A stretch of 64,000 nucleotides of DNA, taken from positions 40,274 to 104,273 of the forward strand of contig CAYJNJ010000002.1 of the NCBI GenBank assembly GCA_964371595.1. Reading direction: 5' to 3'. The DNA comes from an uncultured Bacteroidales bacterium. GTDB taxonomy: Bacteria; Bacteroidota; Bacteroidia; Bacteroidales; JAGOPY01. Below the pieces are notes generated by a model. That model was not told where the DNA came from. It made no database searches and worked only from the letters and a program-made list of their open reading frames with translations. A program made the translations under genes and the position numbers. Of this stretch, positions 44,627 through 53,877 are shown piece after piece. How positions within the stretch are numbered: the first letter of the stretch is position 1; the number at the start of each line of letters is the position of its first letter.

Positions 44627-45642
44627 CCAAGTGTAATATATAATTCAACTGTGTAATCCGAAGCATTATCATCAATTAAAAGCCGGTGCTTGTCCTGGTA
44701 TAGCAACGCCAGCCTCTGCCGGGCATTGATTATTCCAAGTCCCCCGACTCCTTCGCTTTCCGGCAGTATGACTTTTTTATTGAAAACCCTTAAATGCAGT
44801 TCCGGTCCGCTTAATTCTATGGTCACGGTTATGCGCGAATCAGTCTCCGGGTTCACCCCGAATTTAAAAGCATTTTCAATAAAAGGAATAAGGATCAGCG
44901 GGGCTATAAGCTTTCCTGAAGTGGCGTCGCAGGGATTGTAATCGATGCTGACCGTTTCGCCAAACCTGATTCTCTGCAAGTCAATATAATCGGTAATATA
45001 GCTGATCTCTTTCTCAAGGGGTACAAAGTCGTTGCTGGCATCAGAAATAACATACCGCATCATCCCGGAAAGCTTGACAACGGCATCCGGGGTATTGTCA
45101 GCCTTCTGAATTGCAAGTGAATAAATGGTGTTTAAGGTGTTAAACAGGAAGTGCGGATTAATCTGGGCCTTAAAATAAGACAGTTCCGCTTTCAGTCTCT
45201 CCTTCTCTGCCTGTTTCCAGCGGTTGTTGATCTTCAGCATTAAGGAGAAAAAGACGACTGCCAGGAAAAAGATAAGCTGGTGGCCGATGAAAAAGAACAT
45301 TCTGTTATTGCCAGGCATAGGTTTTGGTGGCATAGGACCACCTTCCCTGAATGGAAAGATCTCAGGGGGAATAAATACGATAACCAGGAAGACGGCCAGC
45401 AGAGACAGGATATACCAGGTATATTTCTTACGGAAATATAATTTCGGGATAAGTATATAAAAATTAAGGTAGAAAAACAGCAGGATCAATATGTTGTTCA
45501 TATATCCTCTCAGCGCCCTGGAATCGGCGAAAAATTCGCTCAGCCCGCCTTCCCCCGGCCAGAAAATAATCGGGAGGCTAAGGTAGATCGTGCAACCCAC
45601 CAGGTGAAAGAGGATTTGTGTTTTGTTGCGATTCATTTTCAT
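44623..45642 (-). CDS. LytS/YehU-type sensor histidine kinase (His_kinase domain)
   Basis: Four TMs, NPHFLFNTLNTIYSL (H-box of the LytS family) and a HATPase-like C-terminus. There is a 4-nt overlap with the regulator gene. Confidence 0.85.
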   Translation of the reverse strand: MKMNRNKTQILFHLVGCTIYLSLPIIFWPGEGGLSEFFADSRALRGYMNNILILLFFYLNFYILIPKLYFRKKYTWYILSLLAVFLVIVFIPPEIFPFREGGPMPPKPMPGNNRMFFFIGHQLIFFLAVVFFSLMLKINNRWKQAEKERLKAELSYFKAQINPHFLFNTLNTIYSLAIQKADNTPDAVVKLSGMMRYVISDASNDFVPLEKEISYITDYIDLQRIRFGETVSIDYNPCDATSGKLIAPLILIPFIENAFKFGVNPETDSRITVTIELSGPELHLRVFNKKVILPESEGVGGLGIINARQRLALLYQDKHRLLIDDNASDYTVELYITLG

Positions 45643-45745
45643 CAGGCTTCAAATGTAAAAGTATGATGAATATTGCATATTGAGCAGAAATTGAGGTAAT
45701 CAGGAAGATTTTGCCGGAGAACGAGAGAAAGTGGCGTTTTGGTAG

Positions 45746-45771
45746 TCCGACGACTAAAGCCGTCGGTTCGG
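45746..45771 (-). repeat. REP-like hairpin element (same family as 5787-5810)
   Basis: tCCGACGactaaagCCGTCGGttcgg. Confidence 0.75.
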
Positions 45772-45787
45772 ACATTAGAAAAAAATG

Positions 45788-45811
45788 GAACCGATGGGTT
45801 TACCCGTCGGA
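45788..45811 (+). repeat. REP-like hairpin element (same family as 4565-4590)
   Basis: gaaccgatgggtttacCCGTCGGa. Confidence 0.7.
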
Positions 45812-45882
45812 GCATGAATCAACAAAATAATTAATTTAGCAATATATTATTCCGATCTATCAACAACCAAAATATCCCTGCC

Positions 45883-48876
45883 ATGAATGCTTCCGGAAAG
45901 ATTTCCTGCCTTCTTGTTTTTATCCTGTGTTTTCACTTCCTTCCATTGCAATCCCAGGTCCTTATCAACGAATATTCAGCCTCAAACCTGAATACAATTG
46001 TGGATAACTACGATGAATATGAAGACTGGATCGAACTGTATAATGCAGGCAGCACCAGCGTAAACATCAGCGGGTATTACCTGAGCGATGATACAGCCAG
46101 TGTAACATTATGGGCATTCCCGGCAGGAACTGTGATCCCTTCCCATGGCTATCTCCGGGTCTGGGCCTCCGGGCGTAACGAGGCAACCAGCGGGAACCTC
46201 CACACAAATTTCCGCCTTACGCAAACCAAATCCGATCCCGACTGGATCGTCCTTTCCGACCCTGCAGGCACTGTTCTGGATCAATGGCAACTGGCCATTA
46301 CCCAGATGGATCATTCCAGGGGGCGGACCACCAGTGGCTCTGAAATGTGGGGCATCTTTACGGATCCGACGCCGGGCTCTGCCAACAGTAATTCAACAGC
46401 CTATACCGCGTATGCAAAGAAACCTATGGTCAGTGATACGGGTGGCTTTTTCACCAGCTCAGTCAGCATCACCATTACTACCGATGAACCTGATTCAAAG
46501 ATCAGGTATACGCTTGACGGCACGGAACCGGTTGCCGGGTCTACCCAATATTCCACACCTGTCAGCATTATTACGACCAAAGTTTTAAAAGCCCGCGTTT
46601 TCAGTAATGATCCTTCCATACTTCCGGGCCTCATCGAATTCAATACGTATTTTATCAATGAAACCCATAACCTGCCGGTAGTTTCGGTAGCCGGAAACGA
46701 CCTTACTACCTTGCTAAACGGCGACCAGACGCTAAGACCGAGAGGTTCCATCGAATATTATAATAAATTCAAAACCAGGACCACGAAAGCCTATGGTGAA
46801 TACAACGAGCACGGGCAGGACTCATGGGTGCATGACCAGCGGAGCTTCGACTATATTACCCGTGACGAGAACGGTTACAATTATGCATTACAGGAAAAGA
46901 TCTTTGCTTTATCCGACCGAGACGAATTCCAGCGGGTCATTATCCGTGCCGCCGGCGACGACAATTATCCCGGCATTGATTCCAGCGCACACCTCCGCGA
47001 TGATTATGTCGAGACGCTATCGCAGTTGTCCGGCCAGCACCTCGACTGGCGGAAGTCGGAACGGATCGTTATTTACGCAAATGGGCAATACTGGGGTATT
47101 TATGCTTTCAGGGAGAAGGTCCATGACCATGATTATACGCAGTATTACTATGACCAGGGAAAATACGATATCCAGTTTATCATGCTCTGGGGCTGGACAT
47201 GGGCTGAATACGGCGGCCAGCAGGCGCTCGACGACTGGTACGAGCTCCATGATTTTATTCTGAACAACGATATGAGCAATCCGTTCATCTACCAGGCCGT
47301 AGCTGCACAGTATGATGTAACAAGCCTTGTTGATTACGTGGTCCTGAATTCTTACGTGGTCTGTTCCGATTGGCTCAACTGGAATGTGGGCTGGTGGCGG
47401 GGGCTGAACCCGGAAGGCAGCCACCAGAAATGGGCCTATATTTTATGGGATGAAGATGCCACTTTCGGGCATTACATCAATTATACCGGCATCCCGGCAC
47501 AGTCGCCCTATGTCTCGCCCTGTTTTCCCGAAGACCTCGACAATCCCTATTCAGATCCGGAAGGGCATATCTCTGTGCTGAACAAGCTCCGGATGAATGC
47601 CGATTTCGACCAGTATTATATCTCCAGGTACATCGACCTTCTCAACACTACTTTCAATAACGATTATATGATCAACCTGCTCGACAGCATGGCCGCCATC
47701 ATCGCCCCGGAAATGCAAAACCATACGCAAAGATGGGGAGGGACATATGTTAAATGGCAATCGAATGTCCAGAAGATCAGAAATTTTGTGACTACGCGAA
47801 ATGCCATCATCGAGGCAGGATTAAGGGAATGCTACAACCTGACCGGGCCTTATGACATTGTGATCGATGCCCAGCCTGCCGGTGTAGGCCAGGTGCAAGT
47901 CAATTCCCTTGAATTGAGCCAGTTCCCATGGGACGGCGAGTACTTTGGGGGTATCGATGTGAAGCTGAAAGCCACCGAGATCAGTCCTTATTACGAATTT
48001 GACCGCTGGGTGCTGCAAAACCACGAAGTCACCCCGTATGATACATTGAAAGATGTCAGGCTCAGCCTGATGATGGGCGATACGATCCTGGCCCTGTTCA
48101 AGCCCAGGGTATTCGAGGATTCCCTGGTGATCAACGAGATCAATTACAATTCCGACGGAAGCTTTGACCCCGGCGACTGGGTCGAGTTATACAACCCCCA
48201 CCCATATGATTTGAATATCCAGGGTTGGATTTTTAAAGATGAAGATGATCTTCACGAATATATCTTCCCACAGGGCACCACCATCACCGCTGAAGGTTAC
48301 CTGGTCCTGGCGGCAGATACGGCTGCTTTCGACAGCCTATTTCCTGCAATCAGCAATTATGTTGGCCCGATGGGGTTCGGTTTATCCGGAAACGGGGAAT
48401 TGATCCGGCTTTATGATGATGAGGGGACGATAATCGATACCGTACTTTATGATGATATGGATCCCTGGCCAACGGAGCCAGATGGAAACGGACCGACGCT
48501 GGAACTGATCAACCCGGCCTGGGACAATGCGCTGGCTGAAAGCTGGGCGGCTTCAGACCTGAATGGCACACCCGGCGAACAGAACGGCAAATACGTAAAA
48601 GTGCCAGAACTAAAGCCATCGCTGAATATCAGCTGCCAGGTCATCCCAAACCCGTTCAGAACGGGGGCCATATTCCGGATCAGGGCCGATGAAGTCATGG
48701 AAAACGCAGCCATTTCGGTCTATAATCTATACGGACAGCAGGTAATGCAGATTTCGCCCGTCAATTCGAACTATATCCCGCTTTACGGACAGGACCTTGT
48801 ACCCGGTATTTACGTGTACAGGCTGACAAACCAGAAAGGAATGGTGCTGTTTACAGGGAAGTTTGTGGTGAATTAG
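45883..48876 (+). CDS. CotH kinase-family protein with two lamin-tail domains, a chitobiase/Fn3-like module and T9SS C-terminal sorting domain
   Basis: LTD1 is LINEYSASN...YEDWIELYNAGSTSVNISGYYLSDD. An IRYTLDGTEP module and a CotH core follow. LTD2 is LVINEINYNS...GDWVELYNPHPYDLNIQGW. The CTD is QVIPNPFRTGAIF...GIYVYRLTN. Confidence 0.85.
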   Translation: MNASGKISCLLVFILCFHFLPLQSQVLINEYSASNLNTIVDNYDEYEDWIELYNAGSTSVNISGYYLSDDTASVTLWAFPAGTVIPSHGYLRVWASGRNEATSGNLHTNFRLTQTKSDPDWIVLSDPAGTVLDQWQLAITQMDHSRGRTTSGSEMWGIFTDPTPGSANSNSTAYTAYAKKPMVSDTGGFFTSSVSITITTDEPDSKIRYTLDGTEPVAGSTQYSTPVSIITTKVLKARVFSNDPSILPGLIEFNTYFINETHNLPVVSVAGNDLTTLLNGDQTLRPRGSIEYYNKFKTRTTKAYGEYNEHGQDSWVHDQRSFDYITRDENGYNYALQEKIFALSDRDEFQRVIIRAAGDDNYPGIDSSAHLRDDYVETLSQLSGQHLDWRKSERIVIYANGQYWGIYAFREKVHDHDYTQYYYDQGKYDIQFIMLWGWTWAEYGGQQALDDWYELHDFILNNDMSNPFIYQAVAAQYDVTSLVDYVVLNSYVVCSDWLNWNVGWWRGLNPEGSHQKWAYILWDEDATFGHYINYTGIPAQSPYVSPCFPEDLDNPYSDPEGHISVLNKLRMNADFDQYYISRYIDLLNTTFNNDYMINLLDSMAAIIAPEMQNHTQRWGGTYVKWQSNVQKIRNFVTTRNAIIEAGLRECYNLTGPYDIVIDAQPAGVGQVQVNSLELSQFPWDGEYFGGIDVKLKATEISPYYEFDRWVLQNHEVTPYDTLKDVRLSLMMGDTILALFKPRVFEDSLVINEINYNSDGSFDPGDWVELYNPHPYDLNIQGWIFKDEDDLHEYIFPQGTTITAEGYLVLAADTAAFDSLFPAISNYVGPMGFGLSGNGELIRLYDDEGTIIDTVLYDDMDPWPTEPDGNGPTLELINPAWDNALAESWAASDLNGTPGEQNGKYVKVPELKPSLNISCQVIPNPFRTGAIFRIRADEVMENAAISVYNLYGQQVMQISPVNSNYIPLYGQDLVPGIYVYRLTNQKGMVLFTGKFVVN

Positions 48877-50368
48877 CCAATTCATCCGCAATTTCCCTGT
48901 TATCCGACAGGTGCACCACCTTGTTCTGACCTCCCAGCTTTCCTTTCGACTCCATGTATTTTTTGAAGGCCCCCTTCGGAAGGGAAATGATGTGTAACGG
49001 TTCCAGGACATGGCCCTGGATCAGGTCGCGGTAATAGGGGTTACGACGGCACATGGCCTGATCCAATTGTTTGGCAATATTGGCTCCCGGCAATCCATCA
49101 AATTCGATAAGCCATTGATGGTGGGGCAGGCCTTCCGGCGGATTCACCATCGGTGCCACGGTGAATTCATCGACCCTGGTGCCTGTTGCGGCACAAACCT
49201 CGGCTAATGCTCCCTCGACTTCTGCAGCAATGACATGTTCCCCGAATGCCGATAAAAATTGCGACACGCGGCCGGTCACGATCAGCCTGTATGGATCGCG
49301 TGAAACAAACCGGACCGTATCCCCGAGCTGGTAGCCCCAAAGGCCGGCATTACTGCTGAGAACGATTGCATAATCGACGCCGGTTTCCACGCCTTCGAGC
49401 GGTACCCTGTCCGGGATTTCATCATTAACTTTATCTGCCGGGATAAATTCAAAGAAGATGCCGCTGTTAATATTCAGAAGCAGACCTTCGCCAGGACCTT
49501 CATCCTGGTACGCGATAAATCCTTCGGAAGCCGGGTAAAGCTCAATGGTATCGACATGCCTGCCAATCAGCCGGTCGAAGGCCTGGCGGTATGGCTCATA
49601 GTTCAGCCCGCCATAAACCAGTAGCGAGAAATCGGGGAAGATCTCCCCCACCGGCTTTCCGGTCCTGGCAACGAGTTTTTCGAAGTACATCCTCATCCAG
49701 GAAGGTATGCCACTGATGAGCGACATCCTTTTCTTCAGCGTCTCCTCCACGATTGCATTTACCTTGCTTTCCCAGTTTTCGATACAGTTAGTCTTCCAGG
49801 AAGGCATGCGCTTATTCTGCAGGTAGGCCGGCACATGGTGGGCGGCTATCCCCGAAAGCCTGCCTGCCGGGATAATCCCCTTTTTCTCAAGAACGGGGCT
49901 TCCCTGGAGGAAGATCATGCTATGGTCGGCAAAGGCGTAGTTCTTCGTGCGGTCCATATACATCAGCAGGGCATTCCGGGCAGTATGGATATGATTTGAG
50001 ATGGAATCCCCGGTGATGGGAATGTACTTCATGCCGGATGTGGTCCCGGATGTCTTTGCAAAATAAACGGGCAGCCCAGGCCAGAGGACGTTTTTCTCGC
50101 CCGCCGATATCCTCTCGATCAAAGGCCGGATGTCCTCATAATCCGTAAGCGGGACATGTATCTGAAAATCGCTGTATGAATTTATCTCCTTAAAACGGTG
50201 CGCTTTACCATAGATGCACCGCTGGCCCTTACCGATCAGCATTTGAAGGGTACGGTCCTGGCATTCGATGGCCCGGTCCGCATCTTTCCGTATGGAGGAG
50301 GCAATAAATGAAGCAAGCGGACGGCTTAGTGCAGAGCGGATTTTCATCTTGAAATAATTCAAGATCAA
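48851..50368 (-). CDS. GH3 (auxin-responsive-promoter) family acyl-acid amido synthetase-like protein
   Basis: 505 aa with an adenylate-forming fold (FAKTSGTTSGMKYIP) and GH3-type middle and C-terminal blocks. The 3' end overlaps the convergent CotH gene by 26 nt. Confidence 0.8.
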   Translation of the reverse strand: MILNYFKMKIRSALSRPLASFIASSIRKDADRAIECQDRTLQMLIGKGQRCIYGKAHRFKEINSYSDFQIHVPLTDYEDIRPLIERISAGEKNVLWPGLPVYFAKTSGTTSGMKYIPITGDSISNHIHTARNALLMYMDRTKNYAFADHSMIFLQGSPVLEKKGIIPAGRLSGIAAHHVPAYLQNKRMPSWKTNCIENWESKVNAIVEETLKKRMSLISGIPSWMRMYFEKLVARTGKPVGEIFPDFSLLVYGGLNYEPYRQAFDRLIGRHVDTIELYPASEGFIAYQDEGPGEGLLLNINSGIFFEFIPADKVNDEIPDRVPLEGVETGVDYAIVLSSNAGLWGYQLGDTVRFVSRDPYRLIVTGRVSQFLSAFGEHVIAAEVEGALAEVCAATGTRVDEFTVAPMVNPPEGLPHHQWLIEFDGLPGANIAKQLDQAMCRRNPYYRDLIQGHVLEPLHIISLPKGAFKKYMESKGKLGGQNKVVHLSDNREIADELANSPQTSL

Positions 50369-50392
50369 ATATAAGCATAAAAACGGGGATTT

Positions 50393-50797
50393 CTACCTTA
50401 CCACAAAAGGCACAATCACGGCTATGAGCCCTGTACAGATCACCACCATGATAAACAGGTTATATCTTGTGCTGTAATTGCTTAACAGCGATTCATCATA
50501 ATATTTTTCCACCCCCTGGTCTTTATACATCTTGAGTAAGCCATTTACCAGCTTTTGCCTGGTTTGCTTGCCTTTCAATATCCCGAAAATGACCACCGTA
50601 TTCACCACGATGATCAGGAATACAAAGAGATACATGACGATCAGCAGGGAGTTGTTCGTCCTTGAATCATTCACTATGGCGGAATTCACGCCCAGCGCAA
50701 TCAGGTTCAGTAAAATAGAAGTCAGGATAAAGATCGTATCTGTCCGCGTATTTTGCTGCAGTTCGGTCGTAATGTGTTTATGCACGTGCTCTATCAT
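50393..50797 (-). CDS. hypothetical membrane protein (3 TM)
   Basis: The ORF has three clear hydrophobic helices. No family recognised. Confidence 0.5.
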   Translation of the reverse strand: MIEHVHKHITTELQQNTRTDTIFILTSILLNLIALGVNSAIVNDSRTNNSLLIVMYLFVFLIIVVNTVVIFGILKGKQTRQKLVNGLLKMYKDQGVEKYYDESLLSNYSTRYNLFIMVVICTGLIAVIVPFVVR

Positions 50798-50807
50798 GGT
50801 TATGGTT

Positions 50808-51197
50808 TTAAGATGGGTTGCTTTCCTGTTGTATCCTCCTAAGATACAAATAATAATGCGAAATAAACAAGATCCCGGTAATCAGAAAAGGAGCCATTAT
50901 GGGCAAAACGCCCCAGTTGCCGCTGAAACCGTCGAAATAAATACTTCCTGCAAATGAAACCAGGATAAAAAGGACACCCCCGGGGAGTTCCCATTTCCAG
51001 GCTATGACCAGGACGGCGACAATAATAAGTGCTGGGATGTTATGCATGAAAAGACAGACAAGTACATCCTTCCCTCCCATCCCAAAACAGTCCAGGGAAA
51101 ACATCATCATAAACCCGATGGCAATAATGGCAAGGATCCTGGGGATCCAGAACAGAATTTTTTCTTTCATAACCTTTGAATTAATTTTCATTTTCAT
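50808..51197 (-). CDS. hypothetical membrane protein (4 TM)
   Basis: The ORF has four hydrophobic helices. No family recognised. Confidence 0.5.
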   Translation of the reverse strand: MKMKINSKVMKEKILFWIPRILAIIAIGFMMMFSLDCFGMGGKDVLVCLFMHNIPALIIVAVLVIAWKWELPGGVLFILVSFAGSIYFDGFSGNWGVLPIMAPFLITGILFISHYYLYLRRIQQESNPS

Positions 51198-51372
51198 AAA
51201 AATTTGTCAAATCTGCTTTCGGGTGGTATCTTTACAAAACAAACTGATTTGCCACCCTGACGAGGTAAAATTATTATCCCACCGGGAATATTTCATGGAA
51301 TTGCGGTTGTAAATCATTTGTAAATTCATTTACAAGCGTTCTTCAGACAAATCTAATCAATCCGAACCATCT

Positions 51373-52302
51373 TTGCACCAGGGAGACCATACTGACTTTG
51401 AACTGCTGAAGAAAAAGCTCGTGGAAACCATGCAGCAATCTTTTCCCGGGATCAGTTCTTCCATTTCCGGGTGGAAAGGCCAGGATATTGTCAACTTCCA
51501 GGAAGAATTGCTTATGAAAGTGAACGCACACATCAGCGAAAAATGGTTTTATACGCATATGAAATCTGCCGGCGGTCAGCTGCCAAGGATTGATGTTCTG
51601 AACTTGCTGAGTAAATATGCCGGCTATGCCGACTGGAGCGATTTTGTCTATAAAAATAATGGGGAGGGATCAGCACCGTCGATTAAAAGCGGGAATAAAT
51701 ATTTCATCCTGGTGCCACTCATTGCCATCGGGATTATGGGATTGCTCCTTCTTTTTTACAAAATGGTGAACACGAGGGAATATACGTTTTGCTTCTACGA
51801 TACGAATACTAAAGAACCGGTTACAAATACCCGGATTGAAGTGAGCCTGATCCTCGAGAATGAATCGCCACAGAATTACTTATGTGATACAAATGGTTGC
51901 GTTACACTAAAAACTGACCAGAGCTTCATCAGGATGGTTATCAACAGCCCGTACTACAGGAATGACACGATAAAAAGGGCGCTGAAAAAGTTCAACCAGC
52001 AGGAATCTTTCGGCCTGCGGGCTAATGATTATGCCCTGATGATCAAGTACTTTTCCGGGAATTATGTAGATGATTGGAAAAAAAGACGGCAAAAACTGAA
52101 TGAAATGTTTGATGATAATGCATTGATATACCAGGTCATGGATGATGAAAACGGGACAGGCATGGAGCTATTTACAAAATGGGAATTCATCGACAAGCTG
52201 ACCATGCCTTCACAAAGCTTAAAGAATATAGAAATACTTAATACTAAATACGTTGGCGACCGGATCACCGTACTGAGGTTTATGACAAAGGATAAAAATT
52301 AA
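51373..52302 (+). CDS. hypothetical single-pass membrane protein
   Basis: 309-aa ORF with a TTG start per the track and a central TM (YFILVPLIAIGIMGLLLLFY). No family recognised. Confidence 0.45.
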   Translation: MHQGDHTDFELLKKKLVETMQQSFPGISSSISGWKGQDIVNFQEELLMKVNAHISEKWFYTHMKSAGGQLPRIDVLNLLSKYAGYADWSDFVYKNNGEGSAPSIKSGNKYFILVPLIAIGIMGLLLLFYKMVNTREYTFCFYDTNTKEPVTNTRIEVSLILENESPQNYLCDTNGCVTLKTDQSFIRMVINSPYYRNDTIKRALKKFNQQESFGLRANDYALMIKYFSGNYVDDWKKRRQKLNEMFDDNALIYQVMDDENGTGMELFTKWEFIDKLTMPSQSLKNIEILNTKYVGDRITVLRFMTKDKN

Positions 52303-52950
52303 ATGGCAAGAGGTTTCAAAATATTGATTTTCATATTGCTTTACTTATTGTTAAGTAGCAGGTCATGTGATGACGATTCTGACATGATTAAGCATCAGGA
52401 ATCCAGAACGAACCAGGCAAAAGAAAGTATCCTGAAGGTATTCGAGGCTGATAACCTGTCGGATGCGGCCTTGGAGGCAGCGGAGATCAATGCCATCAAC
52501 AAGGTGCAAGACCTTGCCGATTATGTTAATATTTATACTGATAATTCCCTGGATACTCTTTTCAGGGAGAAAGCAGGCGTGATGATCAGGGGATTGTTTA
52601 TTTCAGAAGATGCCTGCTTGTCGTTTAACAACCTTCGATCCAAAAATAAAAAGATGAAGGCAATAAGCCTTAACGAATTTTTGAATAAGGATTTTGGGGA
52701 TGCTATAACCAGAGTCAGACTAAGTTTCGATTCAGTCCAGGTGAAAAACCGATTACAGAAAAAAAGTGAAGATCTCTACTCAGGGCAATTGTCATGCCGT
52801 CAATGCTTCGCCCAATATTATCAATCAGACAGTATCGTTTCAGATCCTATGCCAGTTCTAATTGTTTTCCATTCTTCCAGACAAATTAAGATAATCGGAA
52901 CAGATACGTTGACTATCTGGGAAGTACGGCTTGGAGATATGGAAGAATAG
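52303..52950 (+). CDS. hypothetical lipoprotein
   Basis: Abuts the previous stop (TAAATG). Has a signal or lipobox-like N-terminus (LLLSSRSCDD). No family recognised. Confidence 0.5.
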   Translation: MARGFKILIFILLYLLLSSRSCDDDSDMIKHQESRTNQAKESILKVFEADNLSDAALEAAEINAINKVQDLADYVNIYTDNSLDTLFREKAGVMIRGLFISEDACLSFNNLRSKNKKMKAISLNEFLNKDFGDAITRVRLSFDSVQVKNRLQKKSEDLYSGQLSCRQCFAQYYQSDSIVSDPMPVLIVFHSSRQIKIIGTDTLTIWEVRLGDMEE

Positions 52951-53071
52951 TGTTATGTGTTGAGGGGTAAGTTTTAAGTGAGGGAATATTTACAACTACT
53001 TTACAACCAAGCTACAATTCAATTATAGTCTCCTCCTTTAGTTTTATGGCTTAATAAAAAAATCAAGCCAT

Positions 53072-53842
53072 ATGAAAAAACTGATCTTCTTTTTGATTTC
53101 ATGGCCTTTCCTGTCTTTCAGCCAGCAAGCAATCGTTCAGGAAAATAATGATTCTGCAACTCTTTATCTATATCAGGCTAAGAGCGAAATGCAACAAGGC
53201 AAACCAAAAGAGGCACTGAGTAATTTCCAGAAAGCTGCCGCTTTACAGCCAAACAATTCAGAAGCCTACATCGGGTGGTTCCAGATTGGCATGGAAACAG
53301 ATCAGGTGGAAGAAGGGTCAAAAGCCATCAATAGCTGGATAGAGCACAATCCGACCGACACCCTGGCATGGCTTTATAAAGGATTTCTTGAAGCACACCT
53401 GAACCGGCCTGAAGAAGCACTTAAAGCGTTTGACACATTGATAAGGCTGCAGCCAGAAAAAGAAAGTAATTATGTCGGCAGAGGCCAGATGTTATATGAA
53501 CTGGAACGCTATGATGAAGCACTGGAAGCATTTAATAAGTCAATTTCAATGGATCCTTCGAGGAATGATGTCAGGGGAATGAAATCAGCTGCATTATCCA
53601 AACTTGGAAGATTCGATGAAGCATTTTCAATACTTAATGAAGTTCTTGAAACAACACCCGATGATCCGGTAAGTCTTTATAACCGTGCTTGTTTGTACAG
53701 CCTTACAGGTGATAAAGAAAACGCGCTGCTTGAATTGAAAAAGGCAATCGATCTTGAAGCTTCATTTAAAGAAAGCGCCCGGACTGACGAAGATTTTAAG
53801 GATTTTTTCGCTGATGAAGATTTTATCAATCTGACAAAATAA
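53072..53842 (+). CDS. tetratricopeptide repeat protein (secreted)
   Basis: Signal peptide plus about six 34-aa TPR units (e.g. YVGRGQMLYELERYDEALEAFNKSISMDPS). Confidence 0.8.
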   Translation: MKKLIFFLISWPFLSFSQQAIVQENNDSATLYLYQAKSEMQQGKPKEALSNFQKAAALQPNNSEAYIGWFQIGMETDQVEEGSKAINSWIEHNPTDTLAWLYKGFLEAHLNRPEEALKAFDTLIRLQPEKESNYVGRGQMLYELERYDEALEAFNKSISMDPSRNDVRGMKSAALSKLGRFDEAFSILNEVLETTPDDPVSLYNRACLYSLTGDKENALLELKKAIDLEASFKESARTDEDFKDFFADEDFINLTK

Positions 53843-53877
53843 TTTCGCTATAAAAAGGCATAAAAAAATCAAGCGCT

